DNA of 64,000 nt from the human T2T-CHM13v2.0 reference genome, Homo sapiens. The DNA lies in assembly GCF_009914755.1 (NCBI RefSeq), contig NC_060926.1; one strand, given 5' to 3'. Both the position numbers and the translations under genes were made by a program. Shown piece by piece: positions 13,301-26,500 of the stretch; position 1 is the first letter of the stretch; every line of letters starts with the position of its first letter. Below the pieces are notes generated by a model that was not told the origin of the DNA, did not search any database, and was given only the letters and a program-made list of their open reading frames with translations.

Positions 13301-14789
13301 TGTCATTGTGTCTAATCTACAGGGTAAGACCTAGAAGGGCAAGAAATAGAGTTCTCCTTTTATAATCAGGAGAAAAGTTAATAAAAAAAATTCCTCAGCA
13401 GTGAATTCTGCATCAATTGAGTTAGACTCTTATCTCTAGAGCTGTGCGAAGAGGCAAGGGAATGAGAGTTTATGGGCTGCATTGATTTTGCACTTTTTTT
13501 TTTTTGCTTATAACCTGTAACCCATTCAGGGTTACACTTGAGTTGAATTCTCTTAGGATGTGGTGTGAGTAGGAGATATAAATACAAATCAAAGGCTGGG
13601 ACAATTGGGAGAAGGCTTGTCAGAAGCACACTTAGGAAGGGGGCCATAGGATGGATAATTCCCCTGGGTAGACTCAGTGGGAGTGAAGGGCCAGGCTTGT
13701 CTTTCAGATCTGGAGAGTGTTGTCAACTGATGCTAGTTGTACAATTGAACTTAAATCACTGCTGAGGACAAGGGGAGCTGAGAGCTTTTTCTGAGGCCAT
13801 GACATGCAGCCTCCAGCATCTTTGGAAGACCAGGCTCCTTAAATACGAGTCCTAGCAAAAGAATGAACTTGGGGAAACACATCTCCTTTCCCTGCCCTCT
13901 CTCAAGGAATGCTTAGGGCTCCTTTCTGAGATCCCATCAGCTCCCTCTGCCCTGCCACTGTTCTGGCTTCATATGGCTCTGACAGCTTTAGTGGCATCCC
14001 CAGATCCTGTGTCCAGTACCTCCTCAAACCTCCCTGACCAGGGTCCTTCTCTTTCAGTAGCTCCCATCTCTGCCGATCTAGAAAAGTAGGCACATACACC
14101 GTATTCCCTTCCCAAGTAATGCTTGAATTTGCATTCAAGTTTTGGCCCAAAGTACAATGATAGGCAAGAGGGACCGCATGGTCCCCTAGAGCCCTTTTCC
14201 AGCTTCTGCACTGTTGTCCCTAGCTGTGCATGTGTTTTGTAGCCTCTTGGAAGAAGGGTGCATGTACTCGCTAGAGAAGCCAACCTCCTCCTGGGATTCC
14301 TGGCCCTTCTCCCAGACAATCCATCTTTCATCACTTCTGGAGAACTATTTATCTATCTTTTTTTCTTTGACTTTTTAGAGTGGGTAATACTTTTGAATAG
14401 GTGCTACTTCAAAGATGACAAAGCATGGAGAGCAAACGACTCTGGCGCATTCCTGTTCCTCTCTGCTAGGTTCACTCCTCCCCATTGGAGAGGACGAAGG
14501 CAGAGCCAGCTCTTCCAGATGGCCACCCGATGGTCCCAACCTCATTTATTGAACAGTCCATTTTTCTCTGCTGATTTGAGAGGATGTCATAATGTTCCAT
14601 ATGTATTTGGATCTACTTCTGGGATTTGTATTCTCTTCCACTGTCTGTCTATTTACACGCGGACATCACTGAGAACTCAGGGCAGGCAGCAGCTATTTAA
14701 GCCTAGAGAGAGGTGCACAGCTTTTCTCTTTCTCACCTTGTTCTAGACTTTAGTTTCCTTCTCCTTTTAGACTCAGTGCTGGTGCCACA

Positions 14790-15220
14790 CTAATATTCTT
14801 ACAGTGACATATGGGGTAGATACTATGATTCCCATTTTATGGATAAAGAAAATGAGGAACAGAGAGGTTTATGCGACTTGCTTAAGGCCATACAGCTGCT
14901 AGGTAGAAGAGCAGGGGCTACAAGCCCAGGCAATACATCCCCAAGACAGACATCTAATTACCATGCCTCTACCCTTTTTCACAATGGTCTTTATGAATAT
15001 AATTAATATTAATAGCTACTGTTGATTGACAGCTATCTGCTAGGCGTCGTGTTGAGTGCTTTGCATATAGTGTCTTATTTAACTTACTTTCCATAATAAC
15101 CCTACAAGGTAGATATGATCATCAGATTTATTATGGATGGGAAACAGGCTCAGGGGTTACCCAAATTGCTAAAGGTCACTTGATATGTGGCTTCTGGGCT
15201 CATGCTCTTTACAATGATGC
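14790..15220 (-). mobile_element. Two MIR elements
   Basis: cccattttatggataaagaaaatgaggaacagagagg...cttgcttaaggcca; ataaccctacaaggtag...gaaacaggctcaggg. Confidence 0.75.
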
Positions 15221-15989
15221 TTTACAGACTCTCCATTTTCATGATTAGGTATTCTTCCTTATTTCATTGATGTCACTTCCTTTATCAGCCACAATCCTCA
15301 AGCCTTGTCTAAAGGCACAGAGTCAGGGATGGATGGGGTGTAGGGCACCTCATGGTACTCTCTTCTCTGAACTCCTGAGGCAGTCCCACTCTTCCAACAC
15401 TTTTTTGCTTTCTTAGGCTATGAAACTCCCTCAAACAACAACATGTAAATTCATAGTGCAGGGTCTTCGTCTTTTAAGGCAATTAATACATGTGTTGATG
15501 TTGAGATAGCTGATGGGGAGGTCTGCATTAGGAAAAAAAAATGGAGAATCCTAACAAACAGGGAAGCTCCGATTTGATGGTGAAGGCACTGGGGAGCTAC
15601 AGAAGATTCTTGAGCAGAGAAATAAGACACCAAAATGGTGTTTAAAGAAAAGTAGTTATGGCTTATATGCTTTCTGTATAATCCTTTCCAAAGAAAGATA
15701 AGAACAAGGACAACTAACTACTAAATACAATTAACGCTGTCTGTAAATGCTTTCATCTCTGGGAGCACTTTGTCCAGCTGCTCTAAACACCTTTTCATCT
15801 GAAAGTCCCAATACCTCATTATTTTTCTCTGTAGATTATGGATCTCTATGTCCTAAGAGTCAAGAAGGACAGAGAAATACTTTATCCTTTAGCTTACCCT
15901 CTTTATTACAAAGTCTGGGAAGAGCCATAGGCAGAACACAACCCCTCAGGCAGCAAGCTTCCTCATGACAGGGCTCCTGCCTCATCTCT

Positions 15990-16380
15990 TGAGCCATCGC
16001 CTTTCACCTTTCTACATTTTTCCATCCACCCTCCATCCAAACTGAACTTTTCACTTCCCAAATGACCATGCTCTATTTTGCCCCTGGGCAGTTACCTGGA
16101 ACATTTCCCCTCCTGTTTAACTCCTTAAGTCTTGGCTAGGATTCTGCCTCCTTGGGGCAGCCTGCCTTAGCCCTCTAAGTGGGTGCTCCTTCCATGACTT
16201 TCGGCTGCTTTCTGTAATCTCCCCATCATTCCTCCTGGGTCTGTGATGATCTGATACTTCACTTCTTTCCCTTTACTCTGATCTCCTAATGGAAAAGACC
16301 CATGTCTCAGTTGTCTCTGGGCCTGGCACATAGCAGCTGTCCAGAAAATGCTGGCACATGAATAATGAAGGAACATTGCC
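15990..16380 (+). mobile_element. L2 3' end
   Basis: gcctggcacatagcag...; tgccatgctc-like and cctgg-like L2 segments. Confidence 0.55.
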
Positions 16381-17389
16381 ATGGACCAGCTGTCTCCATC
16401 TGTTGCACCAATTGATTAGATGGTGGCTGTTGGCTCCTTGAGTCTCCTCTTTGTCATCAGGAAAACATTTTCTCCCAAGTCAGAGGCACAGCAATGCTTT
16501 CCTTCCTAGGAAGACCTTTCTTTATGCATCCCTGACTCATGCCTCCCAGGTCCTTGAGTCTCCCTTTTCCCCCACACCAGCAGCTGTGCCCTTCATAAGC
16601 TCCTTCCCTTGAGCCAATAAATGAGAAAGCCATGCTTCCATTTGCCATGTGACTTTCGAGGTTACCAGGCTGCACCCCCAACTCCCCACTTTACACCTCT
16701 TTCCTGAGCCTCTGTCTTCTGAGATGCCCGCTGTTCCACCAACTTCCCACAGCCTCACTTCTCCTCCTCCTAAGACTTTACTCCCTCTTTTGGTCAACTG
16801 CTTCCTGCCTTTGATTTCTGTGATCGCTCAGCATTTGGTTTTCCTCCCCTTCTATTTTCTCCCCAAGCTGGTACTTGTCCACCCACTTCTTAAATACAGA
16901 TTTTTCCAAGTTTGTGTTTTTAACCCCCTTTTCCTCTCACTAGCAGCACATTCCCTCTCCAGGGAGTTCCCTGCAAGCCCTCAAAGTGACTATTGTCTCA
17001 GGGTGGCTGAAGACTTAGCAAATGCTGGTAGGTTTTCTGGGAGTTCAAACATAGGAGGTGTTCTCAGGCATCAGCTCAGCCTATGCCCCCAAGATCAGGA
17101 TCTCCTCATCCCTTGGGGTGATAGATGGGGTCTCAGGTGTCTCTCAGGGCATCTGAATGGAGTGGGGTCCACGGACATGCCCCACAGTCCTGCTCTGAAC
17201 CCATCCACCACTTGCCCTATTTCCTGGACATCCACATAGGAAGGCGGCTGTAGGACCACCACTGCCCACTGAGGATGAGGGCCTAGAAAGTGGCTGGAGG
17301 AGCCAGCGTTGCAGGTGTCCAGAGAGCAGGGTAGGTTGTGCAAGGCGTGGGCTGCTCAGTGTATCCTGGTGGGCATTAACTCCAAGTGT

Positions 17390-17935
17390 CTTCACATGCC
17401 CTGGATAAGTATTTTTGTAGCTTCTATACCTTTCAGTGGCATCTAAGCCAGCTCTGTGTAGGCTGACTATCCTAATAATTCATGTACATTTTGCAAATGT
17501 ACATGTTATCATTATGTTGAAGTACTTGGGATGAAAAATTTGATTGAATTTGAAATCTGTTTACATGATCACAAAAATGTCAATATTCCTTATTTGTCAA
17601 TGAAAGAAAAGAGTTATTGAATTATTTCATTGTAATTTCAGTGTAGATTTTTGAAGGTTATAAAAATGATTTAAAAATTTGTATTACCTCCTTGTGTGAG
17701 TAAAGTGTCTTGTTGAGGGAGACCACCAAGAATTTAAAGGGATAGCCATGAAGAAGTGTTGTTCAAAGATTACGTGGAACCATTTCCAACCTATGTCCCC
17801 CAAGAGAATGAGCACCTTATCCCTTGCAGAGAGGTTGTACAAAGTATGTTCACGGACACAAATTCAAGTTTATCCACTTCAATATTTGAAAATATTTTAT
17901 TTGGAAATTTTATATAAATTCAAAATTTAATACCT
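17390..17935. mobile_element. Possible ancient hAT-Charlie DNA transposon fragment
   Basis: AT-rich sequence resembling Charlie internal region. Recognised only loosely. Confidence 0.3.
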
Positions 17936-17988
17936 TTCTGAAACTTTTACATTTTACTTTTCTTATAATGATATAAAGTATAATGATC

Positions 17989-18014
17989 TTTTTTTTTTTT
18001 TTTTTTTTTTTTTT
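17989..18014. repeat. Poly(T)26 tract
   Basis: Direct count. Confidence 0.95.
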
Positions 18015-18111
18015 CACCAAACTCTAAATTTCCTTTAGCTTACCCAGGGTATGATACCAATGCTATCTTTTTTTTTTTTGTATGCTACAACATAAAAAAT
18101 GTTTGGAAGTT

Positions 18112-18238
18112 TTTAAAAACAGCTTTATTGAGGTATCATTTACACAGTGTGCAGTTCACTCAAGTGTACAATTCAATGATTTTGAGTACATTTATTGAGT
18201 TGTACAACCATCGCCATCTAGTCTTAGAATGTTTTCCA
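18112..18238 (-). mobile_element. L1M 3' terminal fragment
   Basis: acagctttattgaggtatcatttacacag...aagtgtacaattcaatgatttt. Confidence 0.8.
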
Positions 18239-19729
18239 GTAAAACAGGAAGCACATTTTGAAGAAGATGAGAAAGGATGAGAAGGCTTTCCCGGGAGGGC
18301 AGAGCTTTGGGTCCCAAGCAACCAAAGGGCGAGTATGAAGGTGCTGAAATCCTGAGTGGGATTAGTGCCCTCAGCCCAGGAAGACCAGGGAATAGGTTAT
18401 TGCTCAGAGAAGGGGTTTGTGGCTTAGCACAAACATCACCTCCTCCAGGGAGGCTTTTCCAGCTCAGACAGCAGCCTACTGCTTCCTTTCCAGGGCCCCA
18501 GTGTCCACCTCTTCTGCCATGGCAATCATAGGGGGATTCTTGGTTTGTGGATTGCTGTTCCCACTAGACTATGAGTTCCCTCTTCTGTGTCCCCAGAACT
18601 TAGCTTCATCTCTGGTGGAGGGCAGAGCCTCAAGCAATGTGAACCCAATGAAGAAATTATTTCCAGCCCTGGATCGTTCTCTCCAAGGTTGCTGAAGCCA
18701 ACCACGGGCACACATGGAGATTCCCAAGCAAGTCACAAGGACGGGAGCAGAATCAGACTCCCTCAGCACATGGCTGAGAGAGTGTGCAGGGGCAGGTGTG
18801 GGAGCCCTGAGCTCCTGTCCGGCTCTGCTTCTGTTCATCTGTGCCTCTGTGCCATCACTGCTCCACTCTGTCATTCCATCACCTCCGAAGGGGGTCTGCC
18901 AGATCATCTGCTGCTTCATAGTTGCCTTCCCACTAGAAAATCCCATGATTCCAATGGCACGTCCCCCAGCGTCTAGTGGAGCTGCCTGCATTTGAAAGGA
19001 CAATTTCCAGGGAACAAGGGAGGCAACTATAGGGGCTCTAGCCCCCGGCACTGCATGGGGACTTGGTGTCATAGCATTTGCCAGCCTGCTGCAGCTACCC
19101 CCAGACACGAGGGAAGGCAGCAAGCAGACAAATTGCCTTCACAACCTCAAGAAGCGGGTATATTGGCACAACAGCTTCTGTGGTTGAAGAAAAAAATGAA
19201 CAGGTTTAAAGCAAGCACATCAAGCTGTTTTTGAGTGCACTTAATGGCTGCCCAGACGTGCAAGCCCCTTTTAAAAGCAGAGTGACTTCACTAATAATAG
19301 AGCTCCGTTATTCTTTATCACTGACTCTCAACTCTGCTCCATATTTCCCCTTGGTGTTCTGCTCACTAACCTGTTTATCCTCTCTTAGAAACCTACACTT
19401 AAAGGCAACATAAAATACAGCATGACACCAAGGGAAAGCTTTCTGGTGGTGGCTTGAGCTAGCAAAATGATTGTGGCGGTGAGAGAATCCTCTCCAGGCA
19501 ATTTTGTTTCCAGGGAACTCAAGCAGGTGTTGGGATTGGGAATGGGTGTTGCTTCTTGGTGCCCACTTGAAAAGATGTGAGGGCTCCTTGTCTCTCTTTG
19601 GGCTCCAGTGCTGAGCCCTGGTGTGGGGGCAGGAGGACAGCCCAAGGGGAGACAGTGACTCTTCCTCTCCCATTCCCTGGGTCTTTCAGGACCAGTCTGG
19701 GCACCCAGGGACAGATCAGACCTGCCTGT

Positions 19730-19900
19730 GGTTTTCCTGTCTAATCACGTTATTAATTAACATAACAAATCTTCGCAGCTGGTGGCTGCTGTTTGTGTCT
19801 CATCCCCCCGCTCCCCCTTGCACACTAATTAGTGCAAAAGCAGGGAGCAAATCTTCAAGCACTGATTTGCCTTTGTAGTAATGATTATTTTGGGAGCAAC
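19730..19900. promoter_or_regulatory. Candidate homeodomain/E-box enhancer-like element
   Basis: ttaattaa, 12-bp palindrome cactaattagtg (19823-19834), cagctg and taatgatta in unique sequence. Confidence 0.4.
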
Positions 19901-20849
19901 CCAACCGCCTCTAAGCAGTTACACTCCCCCCACGCTCTCAATTTGAACCACATGCTTTCTTCCTCGTAGATTTTTGGCTTTGCTAGTTTGGGAAGGGGAA
20001 CCCAATTATTGAAGAGAATAATACCACATTTGTCTCATCTGGTTTTAAAAGACAAAAGGGACTGTGAGCCGAGAAGGGGAGAGAACACCTGGAGAGGGTG
20101 TGACTCATTTAAAGGTGTTGGTTCATCTTCTTTTCAAAAAGCCCCTTGAAGGTGGAAGCCTCGCCTAGCCATGTCCGGTGGATGCCTCGCCCTTTATGAA
20201 GTGGTTCACAGCTCAGACAGCGCTCAGCCTTGTGGTGCATCTCGCCTTCCCTGGGCCTCTACTGGTCTGCCACACAGCAGGGACTGATGAGCCTCTGTGT
20301 GACCAGAATCGTGCCTGCAGCAGCCCGGAGGGGGGATCTGAGGATGGAGGGGTGGAGGGACCAGTGGCCCAAGTGGCCCAGGGACAGAGGCAGAGGTTTT
20401 GAACTTGGGTCTCTGTGTATTTGCTCTAGCTCTTGCCCATAGACCTTGCTGCCTTTGTGGCCAATTGGTGCCCTAGTAAATGATAGGTGAATGCGGTTCC
20501 AGCATGGGAGCACTGGCCTTCTGCTCACTGGGCAGTATTTTGAAGACTCAATTGTGCACACTGTGTTTGAGGGGGCTTTGTCTGTTGGGCCTTTTTTCCT
20601 CCCTAGCATCTTTGGAGGACAATCTCCTTCATTTTTCCTTACTCTCACTCCCTCATGCCCTCTCCCAAACACAAATTCTCATAACTTTCCTCACCTCACT
20701 TTCTCCCCATCTTTTCTCACACTGTTCTCTCCAGTGTCAGGGAGTGTGAGGATCTGGGCTCTGTGTGGAAGCATGCAGTTATCAATGAGCAATGTTTGGT
20801 GGGGGTGAGGTGTGCTATGAGATGTCTACCATCCCTGTCTTAAAAAAAA

Positions 20850-21330
20850 AACTTAAACTGTGATAAAACACATAGAACATTAATCTACTGTCATAATCAT
20901 GTATGCACTTTAGTAGTGTTAAGTATATTCACATTGTTATGCAATCAGTCTCCAGAACTCTTTTCATCTTGCAGAACTGAGACTCCGTACCCAGTCAACA
21001 ACACCTCGCCATGTCTCTGTCTCCCCAGGTCCTGGTAACCACCATTCTACTTTCTGTTTCTGAGATTGACCAATCTAGGTATTTCATATAAGTGGAATCA
21101 TACAGTATTTGTCTTCTTGTGACTGGCTTATTTCACTTAGCATAATGTCCTCAAGGTTCACTCACGTTGTGGCATGTGTCAGAATTTCTGTTCTTTTTAA
21201 GGCTGGATAATATTCTTTTGTCTGTATATACCACGTTTCATTTTTCCTTTCACCCATTGATGAACGCTTGGGTTGCTTTCACATTTCGAGTATTGTGAAT
21301 TCTGCTGTGAACATGGGTGTACAAATATCT
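20850..21330 (-). mobile_element. L1MB 3' end
   Basis: gtaaccaccattctactttctg...ataagtggaatcatacagtatttgtc...ctggcttatttcacttagcataatgtcctcaagg. Confidence 0.9.
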
Positions 21331-21334
21331 GATC

Positions 21335-21640
21335 CTTTTTGTTTTTTGAGACAGTCTCACTCTGTCACCCAGGCTGGAGTTCACTGGTGCAATCACGGCT
21401 CACTGTAGCCTCAGTCTCCTGGGCTCAAGCTAACCTTCCACCTCAGCCCCCTAAGTAGCTGGGACTACAGGCCTGTGCCACCATACCTGGCTAATTTTTT
21501 GTATTTTTTTTTTTTTTTTATGGAAACGGGTTGGCCATCTTGCCCAGGCTGGTCTTGCACTCCAGGGCTCAAGCGATCTGCCCGCCTTGGCCTCTTCCCA
21601 AAGTGCTGGGATTATGGGTGTGAGCCATTGTGCCCCCGGC
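21335..21640 (-). mobile_element. Alu (AluJ-like)
   Basis: gctcactgtagcctc...ctgggctcaag (J-type). TSD tctgat(c/t)ctttt. Confidence 0.92.
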
Positions 21641-21688
21641 TCTGATTCTTTTTTTAAAGAAAAATTTCCAACCATTCAGTGATCTAAC

Positions 21689-21975
21689 CCAGTGGTTTTC
21701 AACTCTGTGTACAATAGAACCACCTGAAGAGCTTTTAAAAAATATTGTTCCCTGAACCACCATCCTAATTACATCTAAGTGACTAGAGGTAGAGTCCATT
21801 GATTAATACATTGCCTTCCAAACACGCTGCAGCTCAAGAATCATAGCAGCTTTTAAAGAATACAGATTCTCTGGAGATTGTGATTTAGTCAGGGATGGGG
21901 CCCAGAAATCTGTGCTTTTAAAACAGCCTTAGGATATTCTCATGACTCTAAAATAGCATTTTAGAAATTACTATT
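21689..21975. mobile_element. MER5-family fragments
   Basis: cagtggttttcaactctg...agaaccacctgaagagctttt; ggggcccagaaatctgtgcttttaa. Confidence 0.65.
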
Positions 21976-22499
21976 GAAACCATCAATTAAAGGCCATCCT
22001 AACCTCCATAAAGCCTTTTTCCCTGGATCGCAAACTGCTTTAAGCTGTTCTATAATTGCCTTATTATGTATCTTGGTCTTATATCCCCACCTGGATGGTA
22101 AATTCATGAAACTGTAGAATTTTAGGAACTCAAAGGGGCCTTGGAGACCAGATCATCTGTTTGGCCAAAGCCACACATTAGTCAACTTCAGGGCTGGGTC
22201 GAGAAGCAGTTCGAGAGTCCCTCCATTCAACTGAAATTTAAGATTTTGTTTTCCCACAGTGCCAAGGCAGGCCAGCACTTTACTTTTAAGAAAGACAGTG
22301 TGACTTCCATTGCTCTGGTGAAAGACTTGATACTTATAACTTCTGCTACTCTGAGAAACCCCTGTCAATCAATGACTGGCATGGTGTTCATGAAAATGTG
22401 AGAGATCTGAAGTTGACTGAATGACAAAATTATCTAAGAGGCTGGAAATTTTCAGCATATACTGGGCTGACCAGAGCACTAGTTACAGATAACTGACTT

Positions 22500-23170
22500 G
22501 ATGTTTAGGCCAGGTTCAAATACACATCAGCTATGAGATTCTAGATCAGTAAGTGACTTAACAGTTACGTTGGCAAAATGGATGTAAGCGTACTTATTTC
22601 ATTGGGTCATGAATTATAAGAGCTTGCATTAATTGAGCATTGACTCTACACCAGGTGCTACACTAAATGGATTACATGGATTGTCTGACAGGGCTCTGAG
22701 GAAACCCCAGCTTGGAAATGTTAAATGACTCGTCCAGGGTGACCTAGCTAGCAAGTGGCAAGGCATACATTCAAAGTCACTCTGTTTGATTTCTCTCTCT
22801 TAACCACTGTTATTTAGAGATGATGAAAAAAGGTAAGGTAAGCAAAATGTTCGGCATAGTGTTAGTTCATTTCGGAAGCTCAGAGGATTGCAATAATCAT
22901 CATTGTCGTCATCATCATCGTCATGGCAACAGTAACTAACCCTTACATAGCTCTTATTATGTGCCAGGCACTGTTTTAAGAACTTCACATATATTTATTT
23001 GCAAAATAACACTATGAGGTAGTACTCTTATTACGGATTTCATAGATGAGGAAGCTAAGGGACAAAAAGATGAAGTAATTCCAAGTTATAAAGCTAGTAA
23101 ATGGCAGAGCTGGGATTTGTACTGGGAAGTCTGGCTCCAAACTTCGTACCATTAACCAGTATACTCTCCT
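22500..23170. mobile_element. MIR cluster with a (CAT/GAT)n microsatellite near 22895-22925
   Basis: atgtgccaggcactgttttaag...catagatgaggaagctaagg...agtaaatggcagagctgggattt. Confidence 0.7.
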
Positions 23171-23494
23171 GCTTTCCACATGGTAAATGGTAAATTTTAA
23201 TAATTATAATGATTACTGATAAGGCTGTCAGTTTCTTTCAACACAGTATGGATGATATTGTTCTATATATTTTCCTTGTAGAAGTGCTATTAAGATACAA
23301 ATAAATATGATAATAGATTCAAGTGTGCTTTTGATGTCTCCCCTTTCTGCCCTCTCAAAATTCTTATATGGTTCCATTTAATACTGATGCACAGCATCTG
23401 ATTTCTTAGTCATTTTGGAAGTGACTTCTGGGGAAGAGATGTTCATAGGGTCATTACATATTTTTAAGATGGAAGAAACCTTTGGGATTCTCTA

Positions 23495-23952
23495 GGACAA
23501 AGATCTCTACAGGATGTACAACGTTACAGATAAAAGTCGGGGAAGAAAATGTTAGTATAAAGTAAATGAAACGAAGGGCCACGAATACAATTCTATTAAA
23601 CCAGATAAGTCAGCCAAAGATGTCTTGAAACTATCAAGATATTTGATCTATAGATTGTCATCTAATGTTATCAGGATAAGTCAATCTTGCCCCAGTTCAT
23701 ATTGTGCCTTGAGGTATTAGCTGATGATAGTATCCAGCCATCACAATCGACAGGATATTTCATATTGCTATTTCACCTTTATCTCATCCTTTTAAATATT
23801 TTATTTTTCTGCTTTTTAATAATATATGCAATGTTTCTTAAAGTGCATATTTATGGCTTATAAATATATGGATAAATAAAAGCATAGATACTGGCAATAT
23901 GTGCTCTTTTAAAAAAACGGATGGAGTTCATGATCAAAACTAGAGACCCCTA
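23495..23952. mobile_element. hAT-Charlie-like DNA transposon fragment
   Basis: Terminal gatcaaaactagagacccct resembles a Charlie/MER113-type end. Confidence 0.4.
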
Positions 23953-24199
23953 ATCTAGTCAATATTCATCCCTTTTTATGCATAAGGAAACAGGTCTAGG
24001 GTGGTTATGTGAGTCAGAATCCATTACCAAAGTTAGAACTTGAACTTGGTCCTTCTGACTCCAGGGCCCTGTTCAAGCCTCTATGCCACTCTTTCCCTCA
24101 AAGATGTAGTGAGATGCACACTGTGTCCCATTTTAACATCCTGGGACCTTGAATGACTTTGAGCAAGGTGCTCCTCTTTAGCAAGCCTTCTGGTGAGCA

Positions 24200-24390
24200 G
24201 AGATGTTCTAGCAGCTCAGGCAAATGTGGGATTGAATTCTGGGTCTGCCATCTACTAGCTGTGTGACATGGGGCAAGTAACTTAACTTCTCTGATCTTCA
24301 CTTTCCTCAAACATAAAATACGAATAATGTATATTACAGGGTTTCTCTATAAGGAATAATTATATTGTCAAAGTGTATACTATGTGTTCC
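24200..24390 (+). mobile_element. MIR
   Basis: ctgccatctactagctgtgtgacatggggcaagtaacttaacttctctgatcttcactttcctc. Confidence 0.85.
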
Positions 24391-24945
24391 TTATAGTTGC
24401 AATAGTAATAGTGAATATTACTGTTATGATTTTGAAGATACAGGAGATACAGTCAGTCTTATTTGAAGGAGATTCCTGGGGACTGATGGGTGCCCCATGT
24501 CTAGATGGGAATGGTTTGCCTGGCTGGCAAGGTGGCACAGAAGTGGCATGGTGCCATATGTGGCACCCAGCTCAGGACCCCAGAGGTTGCCTCTGTGGGC
24601 CCATGCAGAATCCTATCTTTTCTTAAATCAGAGAGAGAAGGTTTCAGGCTTAGATTTATTATGTAAATGACAGAATCTAGCCAGCAATTGAAAATATCCT
24701 CTTTTCAATTTATTGATTGATGCTTATCTTCTCTTTATGACAAGTAATTGTCATAACAATTTTCTATGGGTGCTAATGATACAATATTTTTCTTCAAAAT
24801 TAACTTTCAAGTTAAAAAAGGAGTGAATTGAATAAAAACATTACATTCATCATAGTCCAGTCAATATATGACTATGGAAGAAAATCATGGGCGGCTGGTA
24901 CATCAGGGAGAAAAGTTTAGAAAGCAGGGTCTAGCCTGGTTAACT

Positions 24946-26500
24946 CAGTGGTTTTCAAATGATTTGCTTGAATACTCCCAAAATATTTTAAAATCTACAA
25001 ATCTCTTGCCTATCTCAAAGTTGACACAAAGTTTTTATAGTAAGTTTTTAAGTTTTCAAAAGATATAATTTCTCTCCCTTCAACTTTCATAATACAAATA
25101 TCAAGTCTACAGAAAAGTTGAAAGAATAGTGCAATGACTACTCATATACCCTTCATCTGTAGCCAACAATTGTTAACATTTTGTATCATTGCCCTATCTC
25201 TCTGTTGTTTTTTTTTCCATGTGATAGAACATTTGAAAGTCAGTTGCAGACATTCTGACATTGATTCCTAACACTTTAGCATGCATTTCCTATGAATAAG
25301 GATATTCTCTTATCCTAAGACAATAAGTATCTTTATCACATCTAAAAAATGAACATGATGCAAAGCATGTAACCTCTGACATAGCTTAAATATTGACCTT
25401 TAAAAATAAATTTCTTACGTTATGCTTTTAAATTCAGCCAATGAAATCTAAATACCAGAAGGCTTTGATGCCCATCACTATCCATTTATAAATACATAAG
25501 TAAGTTCTTCTTTAGCATTTGAACATTTTACACCTTTACTTTCTTTCCTTGAATTTACATATCCCGCTGACTCCACAAAATCTTATCCTACTATATAATT
25601 CTTTATGCTTGAAAGTTTTTTATTGATCATCCTAGCATGTTCTTCTAAATAAAAAAAGCATTGATTAAAATTGAATTCTTTTTTATATGCTGTGATCACT
25701 AAACGCTATTAAAATTATTTTCAAATGGGTTATTTTTATAATCGTACACAGATGCACTATGAGTATACTATTAGCACAGCAAGATTGCAGTTTTGATATT
25801 AGTCATAAAATGTAAAAAATGTTTTGGAAATGTATCTCCTAAATGACATGATTTAACAAATAGTTACTGTATTTATCGATGAATATTACTTATTGCTTGA
25901 AAGAGATAGGGTGCAGCATCAATTGTATTCTGTTTTTATAGAAATAAAAATTCATATGTACTATTTATTTTGTAATAAAATCATGGTATCCATTACAAAA
26001 TAAATAGTAATAGAAGGGGTTTATTATTTGTGTATATGCATTTTAAATTACTTCATGGTTATATAACAATCACACAGTGCTATATCACAAAAATTATTTT
26101 AATAATTTTAATAATCTATCATTTGACAACTCAGGTCCTTCTTCAATTTTATTAAAAGCAATGAATTGAAAATAACCCACACTGCAAAAGATTTGTTATC
26201 TAGTTGTCATACTTATTCACTCTCTTAATTTTTAAAAACTTTGCTGGCAAGTGTCAATCCACATTAAATTATTATTAGACTTAATTTTTCATTTAAAGGC
26301 ATCTTTAACCTGATATATTGGTAAGTGATTGAGAAAATAAAAATATCAGTCATTGCAAAATATCTTTGCTAACACAATATTTTTCTCAAATGCAAAAACT
26401 TTAAATGTACTTACAAACTGTGGAATTGAAGCTTTTAATTTATGGAAAATATTTACCATGTCAAACCCATCAGCCAAAGTTAGCTGTTTAGTGCCGGAAA
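24946..26500. mobile_element. Long hAT-Charlie-like fragment with a nested L1M piece (~25035-25360)
   Basis: Starts with TIR-like cagtggttttcaaa, followed by a long AT-rich interior. The L1M piece shows acagaaaagttgaaagaatagt. Confidence 0.45.

Noticed and set aside
14519-14540. CTCF-like tggccacccgatggtccc
   Set aside because: Mismatches at core positions and located in decayed repeat sequence, so it cannot be supported without ChIP data
14258-14746. 162-aa ORF
   Set aside because: Runs through an old L1-like fragment and shows no protein-family features
16649-17239. Longest ORF (196 aa)
   Set aside because: Non-ATG start, pyrimidine-biased low-information translation overlapping probable L2 remnants, no recognisable domain
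18569-19123. 184-aa minus-strand ORF and overlapping plus-strand ORFs
   Set aside because: GC-richer non-coding sequence gives open frames on both strands. No domain or exon structure recognised
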